The position numbers were made by a program, and so were the translations under genes. Shown piece by piece: positions 13,402-31,896 of a stretch of DNA of 64,000 bases; the stretch's first letter is position 1, and each line of letters opens with the position of its first letter. The notes beneath the pieces are model-generated. The model was not told the origin of the DNA. It made no database searches and was given only the letters and a program-made list of their open reading frames with translations. The DNA is from Ministeria vibrans ATCC 50519. Its lineage: Eukaryota > Protista > Filasterea. The DNA is taken from positions 34,908 to 98,907 of the forward strand of contig CALSCP010002097.1 of NCBI GenBank assembly GCA_943704425.1, given 5' to 3'.

Positions 13402-13583
13402 ATGATAGAAAGAGAGAGAATGTTTATTTGAATGCAAAAAGATCATCGATGTCATCGGATGAGCCAAGGAAGACTAACCATGAGAAAGAAATGATAGAGA
13501 GGAGAAAGAAATGATAGAAAGAGAGAGAATGTTTATTTGAAAGCAAGAAGATCATCGATGTCATCGGATGAGCCAAGGAAGAC
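13402..13583. repeat. 73-bp direct duplication of the FBPase C-terminal codons plus start of 3' UTR (13402-13474 vs 13511-13583)
   Basis: Direct comparison shows 2 mismatches in 73 bp. Confidence 0.9.
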
Positions 13584-15581
13584 GGGAGAGCGCTCGTGGA
13601 TGGACGTGGGACAGACCTCGAGAAGACGCGACTCGCCTGTGGTCGCCTTACCGCCCGCCTGCTCGACGAGGAACCTGAGAGAGATCAGTGTGTGTGTGCA
13701 TGTGGAATGAGTGGCAGATTGGTCAGGGAGTGAGTTAAGTGCGAGATAAAGAGGATTGAGTGAGAGTTTAGTCAGAGAGTGAGTGAAACGGGTGTATATA
13801 TCATAATTATATAATTATATGTGTTAAATGTGGTTCTTACGCCATCGGCAGCGCTTCATACAGCACTCGCAGTTTTCCCTTTGGGCTTTTGGAATCTCCC
13901 GGATACATAAACACTCCTCTAAAATCATAACAAAATACACATTTTTAACGTTTCTGGCGCCTCGCTCAGTGTCTCTCAGTACCCGTAAAGCAGAGTGCGG
14001 TGCACATCAGCGACCATAGAACCCACGTAGCGCAATGAGTACTAAAATACCACCAAAGAAAATCAATCACAGCCATTCTCATATTGTGGTTGTTCGAACG
14101 GGTTTTCTTCCGCTCTCTTTTGGCGGGTTTTTGCACAGCTCGACATATTTGCGCGTCTGTTCGTTCCAGTACACCGAGTTTCCTTCGTTCACTGAGTAAA
14201 TTTTGCCGCGAGGTTTGATTTTGATCTGGTCAAAAGCAAAGTGAGAAATTTTAGGGAAGGGGCTATCTATTTTTTACGTCTTCGTGTGTGAGGATAAACT
14301 CTCCGATTGTGGTGTCGAGTGTGTAAGCGTGCACACCTGCGCCAAAGGACCAGACAAGAGACGTGGAACTACCGTACATACAGTAACCTGTGCGATGAGG
14401 GTTAGGGTTAGGGGGCAGGGTTACGGCTATAGGTGTTTTACCGGCCGCCACCAGCTCTGTGCCCGAGCGAAGCACATCGGCGTCCGATGGAGGCGATGCG
14501 CAGTCACTCAGGCGCTTGTACACTCCAAAAATGGTTCCGACGTTGACTCCACAGTCAATGTTGGATGAGCCATCGAGCGGATCGAACACCACGCCTGAAA
14601 CAAACACAAACGCAAAATGAACAATCGCTTCGTTCCTTCACATGTCCATCCCCAACGTACAGTATTCGCCGTTAGGGTGGTTGGCCACAAAGTGAGTTTG
14701 CTCCTCCTCCTCCGACACCATGACCGAGACAACGCCACTGCTTGCCAGTGCATTCACCATCTACACAACATCCACCTCCCCTGCTTGAGCACTCTCGCAC
14801 TCCTCACACCAAGTTTCTTCATACCACATCGTTAGAGAGCACATCCAACTTCTTCTGATCATCGCCGCTCGTGTTTGAGCCACCAGCCAAACCCGTCCTA
14901 ACACACACACACACACACACACAAACACAAAAGGGACGCAATATAAATTATTATGGCCCAACTCAGTCACTGTTTGCCCATTTCACGTGCAAATTTCCTC
15001 ATCCGTCACAATAAAAACGCGCAGGATGCGCGACGCACATGCGGAATCACATGCATGTGCGTCGGTCTGCGCAGTCCCAAAACAGCCGCGAACACACAAA
15101 GGATGAGTTAAAAATAAAAAAAAGAGGATGTTTGGTAGAGAGAGATTGAGAGAGCGAGAGAGAGAGAGAGAGAGCGCCTGAAACGACTCCGATTCGTTAG
15201 GAAACACGAGTACAGGTAGCATGCTGGCATGGGACAAAGGAGAGAGCGGCGATGAATCGCGAATGCAGGCGGGAAGGAGTGGAGAGCGAAGGGGCGCTTA
15301 CAGTCCGGCCAGTCCAGCCTTGCTGACCGACTTGGAGATGTACTTGCAGCTGAGAATCACAGACGACAGCAGCAGGGTAAAGTTGCCCTGCAATGCGCAG
15401 AGGAGGAGGAGGAGGAGGAGGAGGAGGAGAGAGAGAGAGAGAGAGGAAAACAGAGCGATCAGCGTGAAACTTCAAGTGCGATAATTCTTTTTCTTCTCTT
15501 TACCGTCGAGCCCTTGAACTTGCGCTGGAGCGAGATAAGGTGGCGCTGGGCAGTAATGAGGTCGAAAGCTTCGCTGTTCAT
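13533..15581 (-). CDS. FBP1: Fructose-1,6-bisphosphatase class I, multi-exon
   Basis: [58 protein letters not shown]; ends [16 protein letters not shown]. Confidence 0.95.
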
Positions 15582-15886
15582 GTCTTATTTGAAAAGTGTC
15601 GAAAAAGAGTGATCACTGGATTCAGGTCTAATATTTAGTTATTTACTATTTAGGTCAGTCCAGATCGTGAGTCATCGGTATTTATTCGGTCATAATTAGT
15701 TTGATTAGGAGAGTGTTCTGTTCTTGTTGCTCCTTAAGTCGCCGCCCTTCCCTTTCCTATTTTTGTTTTCCAGTTCAGAGTCTCCAAAAAGACGACCGAG
15801 GGGGGTCTTTCTTCCGTTCTGTTCGTTTTTACACAAGGGTTGATTATGATGGTTGTACACACACAGAAGTAAAAGGGACGGCGGCT

Positions 15887-16610
15887 CTACTTCTTCTTCT
15901 TGCCCTTGTCGTCCTTTTCGGCGACTTTGGGACTCATGAGCTTGCGTTCCTTTGGGGAGCGGGGGTCGGCGGGGATGGGGTTTGCAAGGAAGTGGCGGCG
16001 TGCGGTGGAGTAGGCCTCGTCGCGCAGGTAGTCGAGGAGCAGGGAGATTCCGTTGGAGTAGGCCTGTGCGAGCGGCTCGATGAACAGGTTGCACTCGAGA
16101 CGTAGCACGCGGTCCGGCGCTGTCCAGTCAATGTTGCACAGTTCGGGTGGGAGGAGACGCATGGCGTTGCCTTGCGCCATGAGTTCGCGTAGTGGACACT
16201 CAAAGAGCTCTTTGGGCAACTCGTCGATTTTGTTGTCGCGCACGGACAACACTGACAAGGTGGAGATCTTGCCCAATTCGACAGGAATTGCGGCGAGCTC
16301 GTTGTCAGCCAAGTAGACACACCGCAACGAGGTTGAGTAGCCAATATTCGTGCCAATGTCGGTCACATTGTTGTCCGACAAGTCTAAGATCTACATGAGT
16401 AAGTGAGTGAGTGTGTAAGTAAGTGTATGAGTGAGAATGAGTGAGTGTATAAGTGAATGAGTGAATGAGTGCGAGTGAGTGTGTGAGTGTGTGGGTGTGT
16501 GTGTGTGTGTGTGTGTGAGTTGAGTGTGTGTTTGAGTGAATGAGTGTGCAAGTGAGCGAGTGAGAGTGTGTTTGAGTGAGTGTGCGCGAGTGTCCGTCTG
16601 TCTGTGTCTA

Positions 16611-16654
<44 letters not shown>

Positions 16655-17003
16655 CATGGGGTGTACCTCGAGTGCAGCACACCCGCCAATACCGCGCGGC
16701 ATCGCTGAGATCTTGTTTGAGGCGGCAATGAGAACTCGCAGATGTTGAAGGTTGTTGAGAGACGGTGGAAGCAGCGTGAGCTCGTTGTCGTACACGTTTA
16801 ATACCTCCAAATGTGAGAGGGTGTTGATCGAGCTTGGAAGTTCTGCCGGAGAGAGACAGAGAGAGAGTTCAAGAGAGAGAGAGAGAGAGAGTTCAAGAGA
16901 GTTCAAGAGAGAGAGAGAGAGAGTTCAAGAGAGAGAGAGAGTTCAAGAGAGAGAGAGAGAGAGTTCAAGAGAGAGAGAGAGAGTTCAAGAGAGAGAGAGA
17001 GAG

Positions 17004-17064
<61 letters not shown>

Positions 17065-17494
17065 AGTTGTCGTCACACAAAAAACGGGAATCACTCAAAA
17101 AGCAGAGCTATTTCAATGTAGCCGCACACAAGAGCACGTGGAACGCATAGAAAAGGATTGCTACAGGACACCCACCGGGAAGAGACAGCGCTCAAGAGAG
17201 CGGAAAAGGGCTCAAAAGGAAAACCAAAATCGATTTTTGTTTGCGTCAAAAAAAGTGAACTCGCGAAAAAAGGAGAGCAGAGAGAGAGAGAGAGAGGGAG
17301 AAAGAGAAAGACATACCTACGAGTTTGTTACAGGAGAGGTTGAGGACAGTGAGTTCTGACAGATCAACAATGCTCAGTTCAAAGGGTCCTTGGTTTGCGA
17401 TCGATTTGCTGTGCAGCACTAGCTCGGTGACGTTCGACGACGCCGCGTCGTCCACTTGCTTGGCGACCGATTTGCTGCCGAAGAACGACGCCAT
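15887..17494 (-). CDS. RSU1: Ras suppressor protein 1 (LRR protein)
   Basis: LRR array plus C-terminus LRELMAQGNAMRLLPPELCNIDW...NLFIEPLAQAYSNGISLLLDYLRDEAY, colinear with the recalled RSU1 C-terminus. Confidence 0.8.
16850..17062. repeat. (GA)n / GAGTTCAA(GA)n compound satellite in an RSU1 intron
   Basis: Tandem GAGTTCAAGAGA units interleaved with (GA)n. Confidence 0.9.
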
Positions 17495-17573
17495 TGAGAT
17501 AAAATCTAATATTGAATTTTCGTTTTCAATATGATACGAAATAATGAGTAGTAAATTGAGTATCATTATTTTT

Positions 17574-21825
<4,252 letters not shown>

Positions 21826-21836
21826 GTATGCATGTG

Positions 21837-21947
<111 letters not shown>

Positions 21948-22103
21948 ATCTNNNCTTTTTTTTTTTTTTTTTTTTATCTTTTTTGTGTTGTCTTGTCCTT
22001 TACCATTGACGTTTGATCGGTGTGACGGTGTGCTGCCCAGGGGGGAAACGGTGTGGCGGACGACACGTTTGTGATGCTAACGACGGGGTTGCTGTGTATG
22101 TAG

Positions 22104-24835
<2,732 letters not shown>

Positions 24836-24867
24836 GCATGTCTTTCTCTGTCCCCCTCTGTGTGTGT

Positions 24868-24906
<39 letters not shown>

Positions 24907-25310
24907 TTCGTGACATTTCAAGTGAAAGCTTTTCCTTTTCTTTCGTAAGAAATGCATGAAGCGACTTTAGTTCTCAAGATCAAACAATTAATATAGATTA
25001 ACTTATTTTTGATTTTTCGTTCACTTTTTTTTCTCTCCCGTGTTTGCACTTTTGCTGAGTATCATCGCATCATGTTGTAACACCGTTGATTGAACCGACT
25101 ACCTCCTTTTGTCGTTGTCGCTTGGATTTTGCGCGACTTCTTTTTTTGTGAAACACACATCACACGTGTGCGGAAATGCAGCCCTGCAAAGGACTGCCGC
25201 TCAGCCCATCATGACCTATGATGGGTCAAGGTAGCATTCTACCGAACGGTGGACGGCGATTGACCCGGGATTGAGTGGTAAGCGAGATTTTCAAATTTGA
25301 GTGTTTGACG

Positions 25311-25345
<35 letters not shown>

Positions 25346-25354
25346 AACATATTT

Positions 25355-25437
25355 TGTCTGGTGATGAAAGAATCTATGCACCACTCTGAAGCGATACGGT
25401 GAAGAGTAAATAGAACCTCTAAGAAGTCCTGAGGACA
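25355..25437 (+). ncRNA. Box C/D snoRNA, dual guide for 18S rRNA (U32/snR40-type and U61-type)
   Basis: C box GTGATGA 25361, D' CTGA 25386, D CTGA 25429, terminal stem TGTCT/GGACA. Guide CTATGCACCACT pairs with 18S GGUGGUGCAUGG; guide CCTCTAAGAAGT pairs with 18S ACUUCUUAGAGG. Confidence 0.88.
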
Positions 25438-25602
25438 CTATATGTTTTGTGGATATCCACATGTGTGTTTTTTTTTTTGTGTGTTTTGGGTTATTGACCG
25501 TTCTTGTGACATTGTAGGGCGATTCGCGAATGGCCCTCTTGCGGCGTCTCTTCTGCATTGGGGTAAGTCGTACGCTGAGTGTGTGTGTGTGTGTGTTCTT
25601 GT

Positions 25603-25688
25603 GAGATGATGAGCACTTTTATGACGTTCAAACCAGATCTGCTGCTGAGAAAGAAAAACTTTCGATGGCGATAGAATGTCTCTGATCC
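25603..25688 (+). ncRNA. Box C/D snoRNA, target uncertain
   Basis: C box ATGATGA 25606, D' CTGA 25645, D CTGA 25682, about 85 nt before the 3' splice site. D' guide AGATCTGCTG could pair with LSU CAGCAGGUCU using one G-U. Confidence 0.65.
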
Positions 25689-25886
25689 AAAACCATTGTG
25701 TGGTGTATTTTGCGTTGTGTTGTATTGTATCACCTCCCTGACTGACAATTGTGCTTCAGTTGTTATCTGTAGAGCAAAGGAAAGAAGTATGGACGGCGAT
25801 GCATCCAGGTAAATCACGGAGAGAGACAGATAGAGAGCGAATCCGTGTGTGTGCGTGCGTGTGTGTGTGTGTGTGATTGTAACTGT

Positions 25887-26026
25887 GGACAGGTGATGAC
25901 TCTGATAATTTGCGTCAGATGCTGCAACGGGCCAGTACCTTCCTCATGCCTGGAGGCGAGGCGTTCCCTTTCGAGGGGACACCCGATTGTGGCGCATGCG
26001 TGATAAATATTTCGTGTCTGATGTCC
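25887..26026 (+). ncRNA. Box C/D snoRNA, U16/snR87-type (18S Am484-equivalent), long form
   Basis: Terminal stem GGACA/TGTCC, C box GTGATGA 25893, guide TAATTTGCGT plus D' CAGA pairing with 18S GCGCAAAUUA, C' GTGATAA 26000, D CTGA 26018. Confidence 0.85.
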
Positions 26027-26222
26027 CCTTTTACTTTTTGGCGTGTCCAGTTTTTGGTTTCTCTCCTCCTCCAAACACTTACACATTTCTTTCCAGATAC
26101 ACACCGTGCTATTGACGTACCCCGGCCGGGCCTGCCGTTCTATTCACCTACAATACAATGAATATGAATCACTTTCCTTCTAATAAATAATAATAAGTTT
26201 AAAATTGTACTTTTATTTTACA

Positions 26223-27782
26223 ATGATCACAGTCGATGTGCAACTGTCACGCAGTGGCGCCTACTTTGTGGGCGAGATGATACGCTGTCGTGCGATTATA
26301 TCCAATCGTGGCACGGAAACAGGGACTCTGGCGGGTCTCTTTGCCCGTCTCCACTGCACTCGCGCCTCCAATCCCAAGTGGGTGAAGAAAGACTCACTGG
26401 TGACTTTTGACAAGGAACATGGGGCGGTGGCGGCCGTGGCAAAGGAGAGCGATTCACTTGAAATGCAGTCGACAGAAGCATTTCCCTGGAGAGCCAAAGG
26501 TGACCAAGCCACGTTGGATGGTGCCAGTTGGTGTATGTGTAGTTCATGCGTGCGTGTGTGGCGCATGTGCTGGTCTCGACCGTCTCACCGACGTGTTGTT
26601 ATGTAGACGGTTTGAGTGATGCGCAGTTGCTTGAGTCAAGTGCGCTCCATGAGATTGTGCGCGGCCTCTCACTGGCCCCGGGCGCCCAGGAGAAAGGTAC
26701 GAACAATGAGGGGGGTGGGCTGAGCGGCACAGAATGAACAACTCATGATTGTGTTTGTTTTAGCACTCTTTTCGTTTCGGCTCGCAAGCGATGTGCCAAC
26801 ACACAGTGGCCTGGCTATTGCCTACACCTATCACATTGCAGTCGCAGCTATTGTCGACGAAGACGTGCCTGTAAGACTCATGGTGCCCGTGCGGGTGTTC
26901 TATGTGAGACCAGGTAGGTGAAAGGTGCGACTGACCGCTGCTAACATAACAATTATGTGCGACGGTGTGTTACAGAGGCATTTGTGGCGTCACAAGCAAT
27001 TGAAGAGGAGGATATCAGTAATATGGAGAATCCTGTTCAAGATTGGTGGACAAGCAGCAATGGAGCAGCTCAGTAAGTGGATAGAATGGGGAAATTTACG
27101 CGTTGTGCGACGTTCTCGTTTGTTTTTTTCTCTCAGAATCACAGATGAACCACTAATGGAAACGCTACAGAACGCACGAATACAACTACGACAGCGGATG
27201 CGAAGAGGTGGAGAAGGAGGGGAAGGCGGAGGGGGAGGGGGAGTAGGAGTAGGAGGCGGGCCAGGAGGAGGAGGGGAGGGAGAGGGAGGGGACGGACGGG
27301 GAGTGGGCGCACTTGTTGATGCGATTGCGTATGAGGCGGCGACGGAGAGTGCCGCGCACGGCCGCAGTACGCACACAATGCGCGTTTCATTCCACGCACG
27401 CATTTACTTCTTTTATTTGTATTATGTGTTTTTTTTCTTTTTTTTTCTTTTTTTTTTTGTAGGTACGTATAATATTGGCAGTGGTCATTCACGCGTGTGT
27501 ACCTTCAAACTACGCAAGGTTCGAGCAAGACAACATTTTTTGTATCTCATACTCATCACCACCCCCTCCTTCTCTTCCTCCCCACCATCAGCCGTATGTG
27601 CGACTTGGGGAACTGTTTACTGGCACCTTTGACTTTTCACGGGCAACTGTGCCCTGTTTTCGTCTGTGTGTGTCTCTGGTGCGCACCGAACGACTCTGTG
27701 ACGAACTGCTGAGCGGCCCCTCCACACCCGTAAACGAAGCAAAGTGCACTGTCCTCGAACAACACAAAGTGTAAGAGACAGA

Positions 27783-27831
<49 letters not shown>

Positions 27832-28421
27832 GGGTGTGTGTGTGTGTGTGTGGGTGTGTGTGTGTGTGTGTGTGATAGAGAGAGGAGGAAGAAAGAAACA
27901 ACGTGATCGAGCGAAAAAGGGAGAGGAGAGAAACAAAGCGATCTAGATAGATAGATAGAGAGAGAGAGAAAGGAAGGAGAAAGGAACACGGTGATAGAGA
28001 GAAGATGATACACATGTAGAAAGAACCATAGCACTCAACGTCCCACTTTGCTTGTGCAGATGTGCAAATCACCGCAAATGTGACTTTGCTCTGGTTGTTC
28101 CCTTTGAAGAATCGCAGACGTTCAGCACATCACTTGGTACGAGTATTTTTGTGCACAGCAATTGAAGTGTACTTATGGTCGTACTGCGTTTTCTTGCGTG
28201 CAGTGAGTGTACAGTGGTCCATTCGCATTGACTTTGTAACACAGCCCCTCAGCGACACCACCACCAGTAGTAGTCATACACCCACTCTGGGTCCCACTCC
28301 ACCCACTGCCACTGCGCCTGATTCCCAGGCATTGCTCTTTGCCGCAGGGCCCGCCCCCCTCGCCGCCTCTCTCTTATCCTGGACCCTTCCCATCGTGGTC
28401 CTCCCTATGCCACCCTCGTAA
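26223..28421 (+). CDS. RGP1: RGP1 (Ric1-Rgp1 Rab6 GEF subunit), multi-exon
   Basis: MITVDVQLSRSGAYFVGEMIRC, VRLGELFTGTFDF..ATVPC..LCVSL..TE, VSVQWSIRIDFV and LSWTLPIVVLP follow the RGP1 pattern. Confidence 0.8.
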
Positions 28422-28474
28422 CCTATTGAAGAAGCCAAACACTGTCCAGTTCTGTAATATGTAATATATAAAGT

Positions 28475-29658
28475 CTAGTGATGCGGCAGGAGCGTGTCAA
28501 GGTATTCGCGCGTCGCATCAGCAAGCACGTCCTCATGCAAGCGCAGAGGATTGTTGAAGAAGGATGCAGAGGCATCCTCGTCAATTAGATGTGTTCCCAT
28601 CAGTTGGAGCAGCCCGGCCTCGTCGCTACCTTCGTAATAGTACACACGCAGCCCAATGGGCGTGGCCAACAGACGAGTGAAGTATTGCAGGAACAACTAT
28701 GTAGGATGGAGAGATATTTCAGAGAGTGACACTGTGACGACCATCCATTGACACACCTCCTTCTTGTGCGCCATATGGCTGCCAGTAATGCCCACATGAA
28801 CGTTTTCCCACTCGTCTGTGCTCATCTGTGCCTTCCAGTCGAGCACCTGAAAGTGCACTGCGTTGAGCTGTGCAATCGCCGCCTGCTCGACATTCGCCTG
28901 CACATACGCCAGCGTCGACTGTGTGAATGCGTCTAGTTGAGCCCGTGTCACCGAGCCACTGCTCAATACTGACTGAAATGGGGGGCAAACAAGTGATTTA
29001 TTAGACTGAATAGTCTCCTATGCACAAAACAACTTTTAAGGCGTCTTTGTTTGTTATACCTTTTGAAACCCACTGACGACTTTGTACAGGCTCATCTCAA
29101 TTGCAACAAGAGAGGGCGGAAAGGTTGACGGCACAACGCCAGCAACGGCATCGGACAAGTCGATGAGACGAGTCAAGTTGCTCTTGACATCGACAGACAG
29201 AGGTTCGCCCGTCGCCTGTGCGGTCAACAGCACAAAGGTACACAGTGCCATATGGTCCATAATCTACGTTCTCTTTCGTCATGAGTCGGCGCGCTGTGCC
29301 GCAAACGCCTACCTTGGTGTTGGTGTAGAGGGGAGGGGTCACGTCGACCGTGGTGCGCGTCCCGTTGCGCAGCATGACGAGGTTGTCGCCCTCAATCAAC
29401 AGCACTGGACCATTCTGCCGTGCTCGCTGGCCCAATACCAGCCGCGTCGCATTGTAGACTCCATGAAAACTGCAACCATCACCGAGAGTGTCAGGGTTAG
29501 GACGGAAGAGAGCGCATGAGGGCGTACAAGTTGTTGAGTTCATCGAGAGGGTTCGAGGACATTGACACCTCAGGCGCAGACGAAAAAGGACATGCAGACT
29601 GCGCAGTGGCACTGATCGTAAAGAGAATGGCAAGTGTAAGCGATACACAACGTCGCAT
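28475..29658 (-). CDS. Secreted protein of unknown function, bacterial-like, intron-containing
   Basis: Signal peptide MRRCVSLTLAILFTISATAQ; spliced exons join to ...DEWENVHVGITGSHMAH..LFLQYFTRLL...LMGTHLID..FFNNPLRLHEDVLADA. Confidence 0.7.
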
Positions 29659-30008
29659 GGTGAAACAAAGTGATAGTAATAAGTATTAATACGTAATAAT
29701 ATTTTTAATAGTGAAAAGATCAACAAAATTCCCAAAACTTTTCACCACAAAAGGGTTAAAACTCTGAATTGAGCCAGTAGTGTGACTGGTGACCCTACTT
29801 CTTAATCCTTAGTCTCCTTACAGAATACTGAATAACAATCTAATCTCTATTAGAGTGAGTTTCCATTTCAAAAGTTAGTTTTGTTTACAAATCATATCAC
29901 ACAATATACACACGAAGCGTGCACACGTCACACACGGTAAAGGGAGGGAAGGAGACTCTCGAGTCTCTTGTGTCTCCAGAGAAACGACTAAGACACGGTC
30001 AGATCGTG

Positions 30009-30614
30009 TCAGTAGTCGACGCCTCGACGAAGTTGACTCAGGCCGAGTGCGTTCACATCGCCCTGTCGTCGCGCTCGCTCCGTTTCTCCCGGCGTGTAAT
30101 TGCTCTTGAGAATTCGAACAATGGTGTCGTGGCTGACTTTGTAGAGGCGCGACAGTTGAGAGATGGACATCTTTTTCTCCTAGAGAGTGTGTGATGCACA
30201 ATGTTTGAGTGTGTCGCTCATTGTGTACGTTGCACATCATTTTTGTACGGTTGCCAGAACACGAATGTGTTCCATAGTCTCGTAGGGAAGCATGTTGCGA
30301 AAGGAGCGTCGCGGAGGCTTGCGGGGCCCTTCGGCTGGGGCGTCGTTGGCGTGCGACGGACGTTGAGCCAGTGCGATTTTCTCGTCGATCTTGGATGGGT
30401 CGCCAGCGACGACCACACGACGCGGGCCCCATGGTAAGACGGGATCTACCACCAACGTTGGGTCGACAGGAGGTGTCGAGGGGGCGGGTGTCTCTTCTGC
30501 TTTGTCTTTTGCGTGGGAGTCGACAGCTTTTTGGGATTTAGTCGCAAAGCAACGCTGATCCAGTGCATATCTCAACGCCACGCGCCGAGGTTGCGCGGTA
30601 GCCAGACGTATCAT
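30009..30614 (-). CDS. NGRN: Neugrin/Rrg9 mitochondrial ribosome assembly factor
   Basis: Arg-rich mitochondrial presequence; LPYETMEHIRVL | MSISQLSRLYKVSHDTIVRILKSNYTP matches the neugrin domain; one intron. Confidence 0.78.
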
Positions 30615-30702
30615 AATGTAGACAGAAAGAGAGCGGGAGTGTGGGAGAGAGGAAAATGAATAATTGTTAATTAATTCAGTTTTTTTCATTTAGTTGTTTG
30701 TT

Positions 30703-31089
30703 ATGGATCACGGCCAGTGCGGCTGCCACCAGCGTGCCCCTCAACAGCAGAGTGTTCACCAAACCTTGGATGAAATGGACTTTGAGCGGAGTCTGTGCGG
30801 CGCAAGTAAGTTTGTATGAAGAAACTCAATTTTGCTGTATCGTCTCGTTTGCGTTGTGTAGTCGCTCTCAATGACACATCGCGTGTTGAGAAACTCTTGG
30901 AACATGCTAGCGTTGATGTTAACCAGCAAGACTCGGCTGGATATTCTCCGCTGGTGAGACAAATGTTTCCCAAAGTGATATCCCAACACCCACTCACGTC
31001 AACGTAGCACTATGCGACTCGCCAAGGACACGCGGAGACGTGCCGACGGCTGTTAGCAAAGGGGGCCAGACGAGATGCGAGTACGACTG
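30703..31089 (+). CDS. ANKRD39: ANKRD39, N-terminal exons only
   Basis: VHQTLDEMDFERSL, QQDSAGYSPLHYATRQGH..CRRLLAKGA; the gene breaks off at a (TG)n intron. Confidence 0.82.
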
Positions 31090-31099
31090 GTCTGTGTCG

Positions 31100-31207
<108 letters not shown>

Positions 31208-31246
31208 CTGCCGTGTGTGATTGATTCTTTTTTTTATTGTACACAG

Positions 31247-31633
31247 TTGCCCACCGTCATGTTTTACGATTACTACGCCATGCAGTTTGTCGGCATGTGG
31301 CTAACGCTGAGCAATCGGTTCCGGTCGCTCAACGAACGCGTTTTGTGCATTCTTACGACACTGCGCTGTACGGGCGTTGTGTGCATCCTGCTCTATGTCA
31401 ACAAGTACTTTGGGTTTGAGAGCGACTGGGCCATCCTCGTGTGCTACTCGCTCTTCATGATCATTGGTGGGTACTTCTTTGCCGTCAGTTTCAGTCAGGC
31501 GGCCGCCAAGTTTGAGGGAGGTCCGTCTCGTGCGCGTGTTGCGACCATTATGAATGTGTGTTATTTCACCTCCGTCATCATTGCTGTCATCTTCTCGCTG
31601 ACTTGGGTTGATAAGATTCCCAAGAAGACCTGA
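31247..31633 (+). CDS. Last exon of a multi-pass transporter, likely equilibrative nucleoside transporter (SLC29) family
   Basis: Four hydrophobic helices; SDWAILVCYSLFMIIGGYF and ARVATIMNVCYFTSVIIA resemble the ENT C-terminus. Confidence 0.55.
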   Translation: MPTVMFYDYYAMQFVGMWLTLSNRFRSLNERVLCILTTLRCTGVVCILLYVNKYFGFESDWAILVCYSLFMIIGGYFFAVSFSQAAAKFEGGPSRARVATIMNVCYFTSVIIAVIFSLTWVDKIPKKT

Positions 31634-31896
31634 TGGTTTTGCTTGTGTTGTAATTGATAAAAAGAAGTTTTTTTTTTTCGTTTATATTCCGACACTGTCG
31701 TTGTTCTGAACTTCTGATAGCTGTCTCAAAAACTGAACCTCGAACTACTAGACAGGCTCCTAATTTGAATCAGTGATCTGTCTGATCAGTCGGTCTTTTG
31801 ATCGTTCATGATTCGTCACTCTTTCTTTGACTTTTTTTATCTTCGTCTCCCTCTCCCTTTACCACCCCCTCCCTTCCTTGATCGATCGTATCAAGC

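Larger units (their letters stand above)
25021..26185 (+). ncRNA. Putative non-coding snoRNA host gene (4 exons, 3 snoRNA-bearing introns: 25278-25517, 25563-25772, 25809-26096); outer ends approximate
   Basis: Donors GTAAGC/GTAAGT/GTAAAT and YAG acceptors; internal exons of 45 and 36 nt; no recognisable conserved ORF; each intron holds one C/D unit. Confidence 0.75.

Noticed and set aside
14399-14426. GGTTAGGGTTAGGG telomere-like repeats
   Set aside because: Only about 2 units inside a short FBPase intron; too short to call an interstitial telomere
16752-17150. RE-repeat and LS-repeat ORFs (also near 21260, 21840, 37440, 41680, 56900)
   Set aside because: Translations of intronic (GA)n-type microsatellites
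25205-25225. Perfect hairpin CCCATCAT-GACCT-ATGATGGG in exon 1 of the snoRNA host
   Set aside because: A single 8-bp stem with no recognisable RNA family; may be chance
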